The position numbers were made by a program, and so were the translations under genes. A stretch of 64,000 nt of DNA from Eledone cirrhosa (lineage: Eukaryota), in assembly GCA_964016885.1 (NCBI GenBank), contig OZ024743.1, positions 359,104,001-359,168,000 of the forward strand, in the 5' to 3' direction. Below the pieces are notes generated by a model. It searched no databases. It saw only the letters and a list, made by a program, of their open reading frames with translations, and was not told the DNA's origin. This document shows positions 13,461 through 29,208 of this stretch, in pieces. Within the stretch, counting starts at the first letter, position 1; every line of letters starts with the position of its first letter.

Positions 13461-15474
13461 CGTGATTCAAAATCAGAATGTAAACTAGCGTAACTAAATA
13501 TCGCAAGGTATTTTACTCAACGATTATCCAATTCTGTCAACCTACAATAAACTTGATAATTGTTGTCTAGGATGACAATTGAACACAAATTGATATGAGC
13601 GCCATTAGAATCCAAACTGCTATATAGCACAAAAAAGCTAAATATTTTATCTTGTAACAGCAATGAAGCCTAAATTCTGCCGAAAAAATACTTTTTAATT
13701 TAAGATAGCTAGCAGCCTTAACATTTGTAGAAAATTATGTATGCAAAGAATTATTTTCATGATTCACTATGCTCAGATTCTTTAAGAAGGAAGTATACAT
13801 CGATTGCGATATATAACATTGTCTTTTGAGGATCTATATCACATTTCGATCTGTATATTTCTGTATGTCTAATACATATTCTTAGGCAACAATGGAACTA
13901 ATAAACATTTCATTATAACACAGAATTATGCTACCGTTGTCGATTATGCTTTTACGACTATCGATGTTTAAATCAATATGGTAAAGCATACATACATCAA
14001 TGTATTCTTAGAAGCTGTAATGGAAAGTATTCAATTTCTTGATTAATTTAACTACTTAACTCAATGAATGGCAGGTATTTAATTTATCAGCCTATAATAG
14101 TTGAGCTTTTACAACACCAGTAACAGAACTTAATGTCTCGTCAGTTAATAATTCAACAAGAATATTACAAATAGATTTTCTCTGTATTTAATCTAATTGA
14201 AAGACTACACCTTAAGCACTAGTCCGAATAACTTTCATTAGCAACAAGGATGTTATAATTCCAGCTCAATAATTTATTATCAAACAAGAAATATAATTCT
14301 TACTGAGACTGGCCAATAAACACAATGAAATCAAGTGAAATCTTGGAACATAAAAATATACAGTAACAAAACAATAGACATGAAATATCTATAAATCTAT
14401 TTTCCGATATAACATACAACGAAATGGTGACAACTGATTTCTTTCTTACGGTGTTCGTATTCAAAAGTAGAACAGTTATTTAAAAAAAACATCTGGTATT
14501 TCTGAATACACGCTCACACGTAGAGAAAGACTCAGACACACACATGCTCACACACGTAGCTACTTATCAAAATAACTCCCCAGAACATGAAAATTGAAGC
14601 CATCGACTATTGTTTTGGCCATCCTATTTTTTAAAATATTCTAGGAAGTTATATTGATTTTAAATTCTAAGCAACTAACAGTGGAAAATAATTTTGTGGT
14701 AAACTAACTCTTCCAGTTCAGAGTTATTTTATTTAGGCTGAAATCAACTATTATACTCCGTCCATTTATCTGAACTCAGAGTTACTCACAAGCTGGCGAA
14801 TACAGCTGATATTAAAAATATCAATCGATCAAACCTATCTATATTGTTTTATTATTTTACAGGTTACAGTCATAGACTGCCACACTGGAGCAGCTCCTTC
14901 ACAGGATTCAGTCAATTATATTGACTCCATTATTTATTTTTTCAAATTCAGTACTTTCTTCATTGATCTCTGTTTGTTGAACCGCTAGTTAACGAGGGAT
15001 AAACACAGACAAGCACAAATGTAAACACAGACACAGGTAAACACACATATGTACACAAACACATAGATACACACACATTCACACACAGGAAACGTGCAAG
15101 TTTAACAAAAATTCTCATTGGAAAACATGAGTAGAAGTTTTTAAGATTAAAACGGATGTTAAAGGTTGATGAGAATATTTAGAATGAACAAATATGTTTA
15201 AGGCTAGCAAACATACTCAAGTTTAATAAATACTATGTGAGAATATCCTAACATTTACAGATGTTAGTATCCCATATAGCTGTTTTTACATTAAACACAT
15301 TGAAGGAAAGGCGTACAGAATGCAATGAAGACCAGAAATACTTTGTCTTTAGAATATGACCTTACGGTCACACAGAATGTTTCTGTGAGACTGGCGCTTA
15401 CAGTCATGTTAATGACTGTAAGAAGTGACTGCCATCTTATGGTTATTTAATGAAGTTCACGTGATGTCATTGTG

Positions 15475-15570
15475 GAAGCAGCATGCTTAAATGGTTAAGT
15501 TCGCTTTGCAATCAAAATGTTCCAGGTTCGATCCCATTGTGTGACATTTTGAACAAGTATCATTTACTAG
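15475..15570 (+). mobile_element. tRNA-derived SINE head (family B)
   Basis: A-box-like gcatgcttaaatggttaag, B-box ggttcgatccc. Confidence 0.55.
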
Positions 15571-18500
15571 ATATTTTAATGTTTTCGAGGTTTCCTTATT
15601 TTCTATTGTTGTTATGTTTTTTGAATCAGGTTATTGTTTTTTCTCCATAACTGAGATTCTAAAGTTTCTAATGCTGTTACTGCATATTAACCTATAAAAG
15701 TTCCATAGGCTGTTTTCAAAACGGTGATTTTTGAGAGTACAATTTTTCTCAAATGTCATAACTATTTAATCTAGTATTGAAAATATATTTTTTTGAATGT
15801 CTGCAATCATGTGTGTGTTTATTGTTTATGTTCCTTTCACTTCCCTACATTAAAATTATGGGTTAAATATGTTGCTCGATTTTTTCTCCACAGAACTGAA
15901 CCACTCTTCTTGTGGTTTCTTACATTATGGATTATTTAAACATCAATCACATAGAATTCACCAATATAAGAAGGTACGTAATATATATGCCCCTTTTTCT
16001 TAGTCTATATGATAAGAATAGATGTTTAAATAGATGGAGGTATAATTTTCAGCAGAATGTCCTGAAAGAAAAACTTTTAGAATATAATCTCTTGAATTAC
16101 AGAATCAAAGCTTTCAACTTTACCCGCTAAACCAATCAGTGACGATATATTATCGATAGTTAGCGCCATTTACACTAAACGAAAGAAAAAAGAAAAGAAG
16201 ACAAAAGCCATAAATGTCTTTTATGGGGTTATCTTAGTAATATAGACAAGAAGGAAGAAGTAGAGAATCTCAACTGGTTTTGCAATTTCTATTACTGAGC
16301 TATTTTAAACTACGAAAGGTCGTACGCATTATAAATATTTCTACCATAAAATACAAAAATGTGCCAATAAAGAACGATGTCTTTTGATGACATTAAAAAC
16401 AAAAACAACAAACAACAAACAAAAATCCTACGAGAAGCACAGAAAATAAAACGTTTCTTTTCTATCTTTAACACTATGGCACTAAATTCAGTTTTAACCG
16501 AATCGATTTTAATTCTATAACCATTATTTTTATTGTCCAATCAGAATCTTAAACGTTTACAACCAAAGTCACGATTTTCCGATTGTTAAGGTTAGCATAT
16601 TTTCTCTAGGAATTATAGCCTTTCATAATTTTTACAGTTAGCTTATAAATATATTCTAATATACACTATGGCATGCTTCGTAAATTTTGTCGTTCACGAA
16701 TAGTCAAGTCTATAACAATATGATTTGAATGGAATTCTCGAGAAACAAATATTTGAAAATATTTTAAATTAATGCAAAAGATTAAATGAAATAAAATATT
16801 TCTATGCATTCCACAACAAGCCTGCTTCCACTGTAATAATACAAAAAAAACACAAAACAAAAAAACTTACTAATTCCGTCACTTACTAGTATATCCATTA
16901 TAGAACACAGATTTCATTAATAGACAAAAAACACGGATGAGAAATAGATGTGTCGTTCAATGTTTTCCTTGAATATATAAGAACCATAAATAAAATGAAA
17001 TGGCTTCAATGTCGATCGAAAGTAGCTTATACTGGCAGTTTATCATAAACACCACGTCGTTTTCTGCTCATACGTATGATATAGGAGGCAATGTTTTTTA
17101 TCTTATAGTCAACAAAGGAGCTTTTACACAGTTCTACCGGCGAAAATAAGTAATGAAATATCCCTAAAACATACTATACCGACACGAAATTAGGAGGACA
17201 CACGTGGTCCTGGATACAAAGTCTAAAACATTGACGGGAGAGTTATGAATAAACAGCAACATTTGCACCTATATAGTAAGATTCTGGTACAAACTAGCTT
17301 TACGTATGCCATTCCCAACTAAGTTACTATTCTAATAAGATGTCTGTTGATGGCAACGTGGACTGAGCAATAGTCCACTAAAGGAAATATTACGAAAACT
17401 GCAGAACGCCGATGGCAAGATACAGAACATAGTATCTCTAGATGGTAATTCAACACATGGAATTGCATGAGTCAGTCGTTGCTGACAACACAAGAGTAGC
17501 ATCATTCATCAATACATGTAGCTTAGTCAGTACATGTAGCTTAGTTTACCTTTACAAAGGAAGTAGCTGATGGTTAAGATTAGATGACGTTAATCCTAGC
17601 CTAGTTTACTTGGTTGGGGGATGGCGGATTTGTCGCACTTACTAGGGGACTTCTCGCAAGGCAAGTACGTCTAAAAGAGACAACCTGGTACAGGGGCTGC
17701 TAAGAGAATCAGCAATGCTAACCCCAAATGCCTTAATATGGCTTTGGCCCATTTGTATGTTTTGGTGGATGGCAGTCGACAACTTGTTGAATTCATCCAC
17801 TTCTAGACAGGTATTGTTTTTTTTATGTCAGGGTGTCCTTACACTATCCACACATACCACAGTGAAACTCTAGAGTGTCGTTTCCGGTTTAGTCACCGAT
17901 GGTTTACATGATTACGAGTAGTAGATCATTTGATCTCATCTAACACGCATGAATCAACATCTAATTAAACTGTTAAGCTGCGATACGTACAGAAATATAA
18001 ATATGTAGTAAGCAAATGAAAGAACCTCTACTTGGTTGTTCGACCTGCTTGAAAAAACCAAAAAAAACCCAACTAAATTTATCTTTAATCACATTCTACC
18101 ATACTGGAAGAGAAAACAGTATTGTCATAGCTAGATTGCTCGTGATAATAGCTCTTCTTAAGCAGATCTGATCTGCGACTAAATAACACTACAATATCAA
18201 TATGTATGTGTAAAAAAATATTCCATTATTTTGTGAAAGTCTAAAATTTCAATTATATTTAAGCGACACTTAAATGTGATAAAGAGAGGGAAGGGGTAAT
18301 AATATAAAGAAAGTGAGATAAAAAAATGAAATGAATGAAGAAATTAAAAAAGTCAAAGTATAGAAGAACAAGAGAACAGATGAATGATAAAATGAAAATT
18401 AAAGTAAATAAAAAATGAAATGAAAGATAGGAAAGTAGGCGGCAAAAAATTGTTGTAAATTTAAATTGGTCGACTGATTTATTTCAAATAGACTCACTAT

Positions 18501-19407
18501 TCATTAAATGAATCATTTTATGTTAGTGGTACCAGCTTGTTTCTCACTATTTAATGGTCTTTCGAGCAGGCACTTTCTGATGTTGATTAAATTTCACTTC
18601 GAAACTAAAGTAGCCACTGAAATCTACATTATATTACTCGACTTGACATCCTCATATAATCTTGAATTTATTTATTTTTAACTCGCATTTCAACTTTCAT
18701 CTACTGAGCATTCCAATAGTATTATATCGATCTAGAAGAACTGTTCTCAGTTCACTTCTATATATATTTTCGGATATTTTTTTAATGTAATGATTTCATC
18801 AATTTCGTTTGTTCTAGAACGAATTATATTTTTCTTTTTTACGTATCAACTGATGTCACATGGTTTCTTTTCATTTCTTATGATCTAGTATTCTTTCTTT
18901 ATGTAATCAGGAATTCTTGAAATTAATGTAGGATTCCAAATAAAACACTAATCTAAATATGATACAGCAACTTTCTTATAGTCTTGTTAGTCTCTCACCT
19001 TCTCTTTCTCTCTCCTTGTATCTTCCCCCCACCACCTCTCTTGTAAAACAATTTGTCCAAAATGCATAGCGAGGAAAACAGAAGAACCAAGAAAGTAGGC
19101 CATTCAGATAGATATAAATATATATACAAATACACAAAATAATAAAATAATTGTTTTTCTTATTTTCAGAAATCACACATTTGTAAAACTCGTCTATTTG
19201 ATAGAATCTGGCGATATGTTATTTACAGTGTAGAAATGTAAACCAAAGTACAACGTATGAAGTACTTTGCTATTTCTACATGAACAATCTGACGATGATA
19301 TAGAGTGATTGCCGAAATACCTCGAGTAGTAACAAATTCTGGAATTATTTGCGATAAATAAACTGACATCCATAATAAGTAGGTATGTCAAACATGTTAT
19401 AATGATT

Positions 19408-19750
19408 TCTGAGTTAGGCACAAGGCCAGCAATTTTGGGGAGGGTATAGTAGATTAAATCGACACGGTGCATTACTGGTGCTTTATTTTATCGACTCCGT
19501 AAGGATGAAAGGCAAAGCTAACTCGACGGGATTTGAACTCAGAACGTAAAGTACCGTAACTCTATGCTACGAAAGATATTGTCTGACGCTCTGCCGATAC
19601 TATCAATCCACCACCATGTCATAATTGTTTCTACTTTTGACACAAGACCAGCAATTATCCCAGTGTATTACTGGTACTTTATTTTATCGACCCTATAAGG
19701 ATGAAAGGCAAAGTTAACCTCGGCGGGATTTGAACTCAGACCATAAAGGG
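19408..19750 (-). mobile_element. Two tandem SINE family A copies (~19408-19610, ~19622-19750)
   Basis: tttattttatcgac...aaggatgaaaggcaaag...gggatttgaactcaga occurs twice. Confidence 0.8.
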
Positions 19751-19857
19751 CCTCGTTGCACCAATTCAGATAAATTAATGAATTTGAGAAAACATATCTT
19801 TTCCCATCGGACAAGGAATATTTCACTTTTCTATGATGATAACGGATTTAATTAATA

Positions 19858-20422
19858 CTAGACCACCCGTGACCCGTTGGGCCACGTTCGCTTCAAAATA
19901 TGAAAAAAAAATCATGTTCACTTAAAAATGATTTTTAAATAATTAAAATGTACACAGACACGTATATAATGTGAAATGAAACTGGAAGGCCCATATACGT
20001 GTGTGTATGTATATAAATAAATGTGTGTGTTTGTATACATATATATATGTGTATGTGTATGTGTATATATATATATATGTGGGTGTCTGTGATCTATATA
20101 TACAGGTCATAGCCACACACACATATATACACACATTTACATATATACATATACACAACAACACCACCATTCATTTTATCTGTCTCCTCTCCCTCTTGCT
20201 ATGTCTCTCTTTATATCTCTCTCTCTGTTTATGAAGGTACCGGGAAAAAACCCATATTTCGGGAACCCGTGGTCCGATTTGCGCGAAACTTGTTTTATTC
20301 CATTTGTATCACCATTTCAGTGTCAACTTCCTTTCAAACTATTTTCCCATTATGCACCCTTTTGGCTGTATTACATTACAGACACGCAAGCAAGCAATCA
20401 CAGACTTTTACTATTATATAGA
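19858..20422 (-). mobile_element. Non-autonomous Helitron (~565 bp, complete)
   Basis: Minus strand A|TCTATATAATAGTAAAAG 5' end; 3' hairpin cgtggccc-aac-gggtcacg then CTAG|T; no TSD; internal microsatellite. Confidence 0.82.
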
Positions 20423-20493
20423 TTATATATTTGTTTCGATCATCTATAGAATGATAGTGTATATAAATGAGTATATAGAGCATATGATAAGCA

Positions 20494-21747
<1,254 letters not shown>

Positions 21748-21949
21748 GGGATAACAGGTTATCGTTATGGCAGTCCACTTGGAGTAGTTCTTGTAGTCGA
21801 TAGTATTAACGTGTGGCTTAGTTTGACTCAACAAGATGTTTCTATAGTGATGCTGCGAGTTCGCGGTGATTTCTATGCAGTTTATACTTGGAGTAATAAT
21901 AATTCAAGAAAGAAGATTGACATGGTTCGCTATACAATAAGGGCTTTAT

Positions 21950-22070
21950 TCACATTGCTGACAATTGTTTCTTTGATCTGGAAGGTCTAGAGTTCGCTCT
22001 ACGCCTGATTATACGCCAATCGATCTCCAATACTTTGTTTATAACCAGTCGTTTTCATCAGAGCGGGTGA
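21950..22070 (-). ncRNA. Type I hammerhead ribozyme with 83-nt stem II domain
   Basis: tcac-cc-gct-CTGATGA-[83 nt, ctgg...ccag]-GAA-AC-AATT-GT-C-agc-aat-gtga then AATAAA; base of stem II imperfect. Confidence 0.7.
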
Positions 22071-22769
22071 AATGAAGAACATACATAAGGCCTGGTTTTT
22101 ATATAAGTGTGGTATTAAAGCAGAACAATAATATCAATGATAAAATAAAACAACTAGATAGCAGACAATTAAAATAATAACATCAATATAAGTAAGAGAT
22201 AGAGTATAATGAAGAATCTAGCATGTTAAACAGACTGATATGATACAGATGTATGGAATTGACGTGTGAAAACTGCTATAGGGTACATTAGATATAGTGA
22301 TGGGGTAGCGACTAGATAACAGTAACCACTAAGATGTACTTGGAGACAGAATTTATGAGGTATCCACTGTGCTCTAGGTATTCTAGCAATAAACCGGAGA
22401 TTTACTTTTTATTTTTTTATTTGACAGATAAACATTTTCGTTTGATTAATTTAGTGATGATAGTTTTTATGTGGTGTTAAATAGAGTTGTAGATTCGTTA
22501 TTTAAGTGGCCTATGGATTGTTAGTTCGAATCGTGGGGGTTTAGTTTTCACAGCATCAATAACAACTCGTGTATAAGTAAGACAGTGATAACAACAATAA
22601 TAGAAGCAATAAAGGTAGTAACATAGTAAAATGTGCATGGTAGATATATAGAACATGATGAATAATATTAGGGCTATATTGAGATGTTCATAATAATAAT
22701 AATAAGAAGAAGAATAATAAGAATAATAAGAGGAAAGTGAGATTTCAAGGGGTGTAGGAGTAATAAAAT

Positions 22770-22950
22770 AATTGTTTCTACTTTAGGCACAAGGCCAGCA
22801 ATTACCCAGTGCCTTACTGGTACTTTATTTTATCGACCCCGTAAGGATGAAAGGCAAAGTAAACCTCGGCGGGATTTGAACTCAGATCGTAAAGGGACGT
22901 AACTATGCTGGAAAGCATGGCATCCGACCCTCTACCGATACTGCCAAAAT
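22770..22950 (-). mobile_element. SINE family A nested in the PLE-2 3' region
   Basis: Same motif as the 19408-19750 copies. Confidence 0.8.
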
Positions 22951-23199
22951 AATGTACTTAGAATTAGGTTCATCTGTTAGAGATCATGAGTGCTAATGAG
23001 AGATATAAATCCTTGGTCCGAAGGAGTGGGTAACAGCGAAGGTAGGATTGATTTATGGGCTGATAAGATAGTTGTAGACATATTCCAGTGGAATAGAATT
23101 AGGGAAGCTATAAGGTATTTATAGAAGATTATAGTTCCGTATTGGGCTGTGTGAGAAGGCGGATTTCATACGTTAAAAGCTAAGTGGTATTGGTTCGAA

Positions 23200-25590
23200 T
23201 CACAGTGGTTTAAATCTCGCGAATTTTGTAGCAATCCTATGTCTGCAGAAAATTGACCTTTCTATTTTGCTGTTGAGTAGCATTTTATCGTTCCTTAAGA
23301 TATGCAGCAATTCAAGGTTGCAGAGCCCGCAGTAGGACATACCGCTGCTATATGTCTTTGCGGTCGCCAATTTCGACCAGCTAATATTATAATCAAGGTT
23401 TTTGTCCTTAAGTTGCCAGATTTTATTGGCGAGGGTTGTAGAATTTATCAGTGCACGGTTATTCATTGAATGTCTGTGCACATACCATCTTTTTTTAAAA
23501 GCACCCACGGTGGATCCAATGTAGTGCCAAGTGGAGTTGCCTGAGTTTATAGTACACATGTACACTAGGCCCGAATCAAGGCACCTATTCGTTAGTGGGC
23601 TCTTATCCGGTAGGTGACAGTTGCAGTTCGGGGTATTACTCTGTGCAGCTTTCACATTGCAGTTTTGTAAGCTATTGTATGTGGGTTGTGATTTATGCCT
23701 ATTGAAGTTTTGCTGCGGTGTGTTCATGTGCGTTTGCGGTTGTGATACTGTAATGCGTTTGTGTTTTGTGTTTGGTGCTATGTTGCGTATGGGTGGGATA
23801 TCTTTCCTAGAGGTATTCTTGTGGTTGATCTTGCGTATGTGCGATTCAATGTTTGCAGCAGTAGAGTATGAAAGTTTTATAGTTTTTCTATTGAAGATTT
23901 TATGATATCTATGCGATATAGGTAAGTGCTTATCTACTAGTTTAAAGAACGTAGAAGGCAGTTTAGTTCTTATAGAGGAGTTGAAGATTGGATTAAATCA
24001 AAGGTATTTTCTTTCTCTAGTTCTTCTATAGTTTCTGGGGTTTACATTATTCGTGTTCGGTCCTCCTACTCTAGGTGCTATTTGCCTAGTTTTATGTATA
24101 GTCCGGTTACCTCTACTTTTGTATGAGCGGTTGGTATCGGTATTAATGGGTTTATTTGTGTTGTCCTTATCCGTTATAAACTGCAGCTTTTCTTTGTGTC
24201 CAGCCCTACGTAATGCTGCGTTATAATAGTTAGCATGTTCTTTAAAAATGTCTTGGTCTGAGGATAAGCGGGATATTCTAAGGGATATACTTCGTGCTAT
24301 GGATTTAATTATGTATCGGGGGTGGTTTGAGTTATAACTAATATAGGCTAGATTCTCATTATTTTTGTGGAAGGGTTCTATTAATCCCGTGCTTTGGATT
24401 AGAGTTACGTCTAGAAAGTTTGCCTTTTTAGAATTGAGTTCGTAGGTAATATCTAGGCCTAGTGTTTTGAAGAATGTTCTAATGTCTTTTCTTAATCTTT
24501 CCATGCTCTGGTTATTTAAGTTCCTAGCTATAAGGAGCGTGTCATCTCTATAAATTCTTCCTTGGAGGTTATTAAATTCCTTATGTAGGTTGTATGCTAT
24601 AAATATCCCCACAACATCTGTTATTTGCGCTGAATCGTTCGATACCATTGTGATGTCGAAACTGTTCATCCGGTTTTTTCTTTCCCAGTAGCTATTTTCA
24701 AATGTTATGATAGTCCTTCTAGCTGCTAGTATTATTTTAATTTCTTCTGGGGTAAGGTCCGAGTTATTTTGGGCAAATATTAGTGCTTTATCTAGGGTGA
24801 CTGGGGATATGGATGCGTAGTAATCATTTATGTCAAATTGTATGAAGTTGCATTCTTCCCTATTTCCTATTCTATTGAACCATTCAATTGCTTCATTAGT
24901 GTTACCCCATAAATTGATTTCTAGTTTTCCCTTAATTTGTGCGATTACTGTATCTAGAATATTCTTGCTAATTTTACCTATATCCGACTTGGATGGGCAT
25001 ATTAATCTAGTAGTAGGGTTTGTTTCGAAATTATTTTTGTGATCCTTAAGGTTAAATGTGGGGTTGCATAGGGTCAGAGGTTCGGTTCTGTCGGATATTT
25101 CGAGTTTTTTTACTATGCCAAGACCTTCCTTATTAATGCTAGTGAGTGTAGATTCATTTGATTTTTTTTGTATTTTTTGTGTAGTTCACGTCGAATGAAA
25201 TTATTGTATGTATTGAGGTCCATAGTATATACGTTTGATGTTTTGTTTGCTTTTACTATGATACTGTTGGTGCTTCTTAGTTTTTTTAGTAGTGTATTGA
25301 TGTTATTTTGTAATTTGTTATGATGTGTTCGTTTTTTGAATTTAGTTCCACTTATCATATTCATAAGGTCCAGCTCGAAGGCATCGAGTGTGGGGTTATT
25401 TGGAGGGTTTTTGCAGGATTTAAATCCGTAATTCTCTTTGGTAAATTCCCTCGTGTTATTAGCGGGTCCTTTGTCGTAGTGGTAAGCCTTCCATCGGATT
25501 CTGCGGATGAAATCATTAGTCCGTTGTATCATACCTAGTGTATAGTCCTTATTTGTACGTTTTAGATATGTTTTTCAGTGACATGCCAAT
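23200..25590 (-). pseudogene. PLE polyprotein (RT + GIY-YIG), several frameshifts/stops
   Basis: MSLKNI..., FIRRIRWKAYHY, FDITM, GRIYRDD, CNCH, LVY...YIG, KKRWYVH, CGLCNLE, LLNSKIE...CRH. Confidence 0.88.
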
Positions 25591-25596
25591 GTGGTG

Positions 25597-26124
<528 letters not shown>

Positions 26125-28700
26125 GATGACAACGACGATGACAAGACAGTAGTGGGGATGATGACGAATTTAGCTACTTCTGTTTCTGATGATTACCATT
26201 ACGTGGATGTCAATGCCAATGATGCTGATAATTTGAATCGTTGCTGCAAAGAAGCTAAAAACAAACATTTAGATAAAGATATTAACGACAACACTTCATT
26301 ATCAAAAATAATCATAGTAGAAAAAAATAAATAAAACAACTGCAACATATAAACAAGAAATCAAAAAACGACAATTGAAACAAAGACATAAAGCAGGTAC
26401 AAGAAAAATGTAATTGTTAGATTCATAGTTAAAGATGAAGACGTAAACACTTAAAATAGTTATCAGGTTTTGAAGCTATGAAGTTTCCTAAGTTCATCAC
26501 GGTAAAGAGATAAGAAATGTTCTTAGCAAAAATCTGAGGAAAGGAAAAAAAAATTATAAAAAAAAAACAAAGCAAAATTACTTTGAACTTTTGCTTCATA
26601 GATATTTTCAGAATGATTTCAAAGAACATTATTAGAAATGAATTGATGCCCTTTTCTACTATTTACTAATGTAAGACGTGATAGCGATGAACTCTATAGA
26701 TTTAGCTATCGTAAACAGATAATACAGTTGCGAAGGAAAGTTTTTTTTTTACTGTCATATTGTTAGTACTTTTCATCCGACTAATAATCTAAAAAGATTA
26801 AAGAATAAAGAAAGAAAGTATTCGTACTTTTCTTTTTATTCAAAATCAATGAAATACTATCCATTGTGAAAATGAAGGAAAAGCGTGATGGCTACAGTCA
26901 TTTATTGTTATGGTCATAGTGGAAGTTGGAGACGTAAGTAACATCTCAGGAAATTACATGGCCCACAAAACAATATTTCTCTTTCAAATTCTGCTGCTGA
27001 CTAAACCATCCAGAAGGGTATGGAATTTAATGTATATATTTCATATTGCATCATCTGTATACCTTATGTTTCCACTTTCTGCAGCTATAAATACGTAATG
27101 TGCAATTAATTGAGCTCACCAGTATAAAACTGTAAACAGAGAACATACTGCATAATTAGCATACGCTTCGTTAGCTTTTAAGCCGTGATATTCTTATGTG
27201 AGACTGATCAACTCCAGTGCGTTTATTTTATAAAAATACCGTTACCAACTACTTGATATAGAGTGGTGATGGTGGCATAACAGTATTAAGCAACATTAGA
27301 CACTTTATAGCATAAATGTGCGGTGTTTTATGGTATAAATGTTATAACTGAAACGTACTTGGAGGTTTATTACGTTTACTTTTTTTCTATATTTCTTCAG
27401 AATCGGAGACCGAATCCCCACAAATCTCATCACTACAAAGTTTTGTGTGATACATTAAACTTGTAAGATTCTTCATTCAAATAGTTTGTTCCACTAATTT
27501 TTAGCTATCTAATGATGTTAAAAATATTTTAACATCCACCTCTTCAGATACTATTTTAATAACAACATTTGGTGAACCTGGAAATAATAGCCACATTTCA
27601 CAAAATCTGTCTAAAAAAAACGAAGATATTGAATAATGTAGTCATAGAGACACAATGTTTGAAAAAAAAAAAAAGAAAACAGAAAAAAAGAAACACAGAC
27701 TAGTTGATCACCCTTGAAATGTCTTTGATCATATGTCTGCTTAGTCAAGTTTGACGGGAATAAACAGCAGCAGCAGCAGCAGCAGTAGTAGCAGCAACAA
27801 CAACAACAACAACAACAATAAAATAACTACAAATTATAGAATTATTATTATAACTACAATTTATAGAATCGCTAGAACTACATTTTTACTCATACAAGCT
27901 ATTCTTCTTGTAAATATTTTAGTATATCTAGTGCTATATAGTTCATGTTATCTTTATTTAAGATATTACGGTGTTATTTGAGAGCGATTTGGCTACTATT
28001 TCTAGCGGGCATGCCGACTACAGAGACGGTTTCTCGTTGACTCATAAATACTATATATGGTATAAACGATTTTACACATCAACTCGAATTTGTGGCTTCA
28101 GTCATTAGGATACAGCCATATTGGAGCACCGCTTTCAAGGAGTTTAGTATATTATATCGATACAATAGGTCCTGAAGTTATTTAATATTCTTATAAGCTA
28201 TCCTACATGTGAATGAAATTATAATAGAAAAACGACAAGGTTAATTTTATTAAATACTTACTGAGTTTGTATCTGAAAATGTACTCTCTAAGACGCAAAC
28301 CTGGCCAAAGCATTTCGTGAAAAACCAGCATTCACCCATGTATATAATTATTCCACCTTCATGCCACCGATATCATTCAAGAGAAGGCAGATTATGCAGT
28401 AAATATAGCAAGAAACTTATACCGATTTATGTTAGTAAACGTAAACAATAACAAGGACACATAAATTATTACATGCCTGAAGCTACACCAGTGCGTCGAT
28501 GGATAGGAGCTTCTTGCTTATGTACTCTTCTCGAACTCAAGCACGAAACCTTTGGTCCTTTTTGTCACTGGGATAGTTTCACAGTTATAATAATATAATC
28601 TCTATATATATATAATATAATATATATATATATATATATATACATCGTTGTACAGCCAAACACCCCCCCCCCATATATATATATAGTAATAATTGTATAT

Positions 28701-28740
<40 letters not shown>

Positions 28741-29208
28741 TTCGTTTCTGAATTTGTTTAGCAAGATTATTTATCTGAAATCGTGTGTTGAAACCGATAT
28801 TGTTATACTTTGGGAGGGTCATGTTGCCAATAAGAAACACACGCACCAGTTGCTTTCACTTCAATTTATTATATATTTATAAATTTATAAATTTACAAAT
28901 TTACAAATTTCTGGTTGGTTGGTTGGTTCCACAACCAGATAGTTGTTTATATATAGTCATAGTCCTTTCGTCACACACTCTGTGACCTCTTCAGTGACTG
29001 GGGATTCCTTTCTTTGTTTCTGTGCTTTTCCTTTCCTCTATCCTACGCCATTTTGTTTCTGTGTGTGTGTTGTGTGCTCAGTTTGCGCATGCGCCACATC
29101 CGGGTGTCTGTGTGTTATAAATTTATAAATATATAATAAATTGAAGTGAAAGCAACTGGTGCGTGTGTTTCTTATTGGCAACATGACCCTCCCAAAGTAT
29201 AACAATAT
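28741..29208 (-). mobile_element. Hammerhead-bearing PLE-type 3' end with 94-bp inverted partial repeat, between (TA)n tracts
   Basis: 28797-28890 is the exact reverse complement of 29115-29208; same family as 38964-39906. Confidence 0.8.
28955..28999 (-). ncRNA. Minimal type I hammerhead ribozyme
   Basis: agtca-CTGAAGA-g-gtcaca-gagtg-tgtgac-GAA-AG-GA-CT-A-tgact. Confidence 0.75.

Larger units (their letters stand above)
21748..25597 (-). mobile_element. Penelope-like retroelement, Hydra-type (copy PLE-2), (TA)n on both sides
   Basis: RT-GIY-YIG pseudogene, ~1.45-kb 3' region with hammerhead and AATAAA, bounded by (TA)n at 21747 and 25598. Confidence 0.85.

Noticed and set aside
28470-28570. 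CTGAAGC...GAAACC-TTT-GGTC possible large hammerhead
   Set aside because: Stem III is good but the core is mutated and stem I does not pair next to it; at most a remnant
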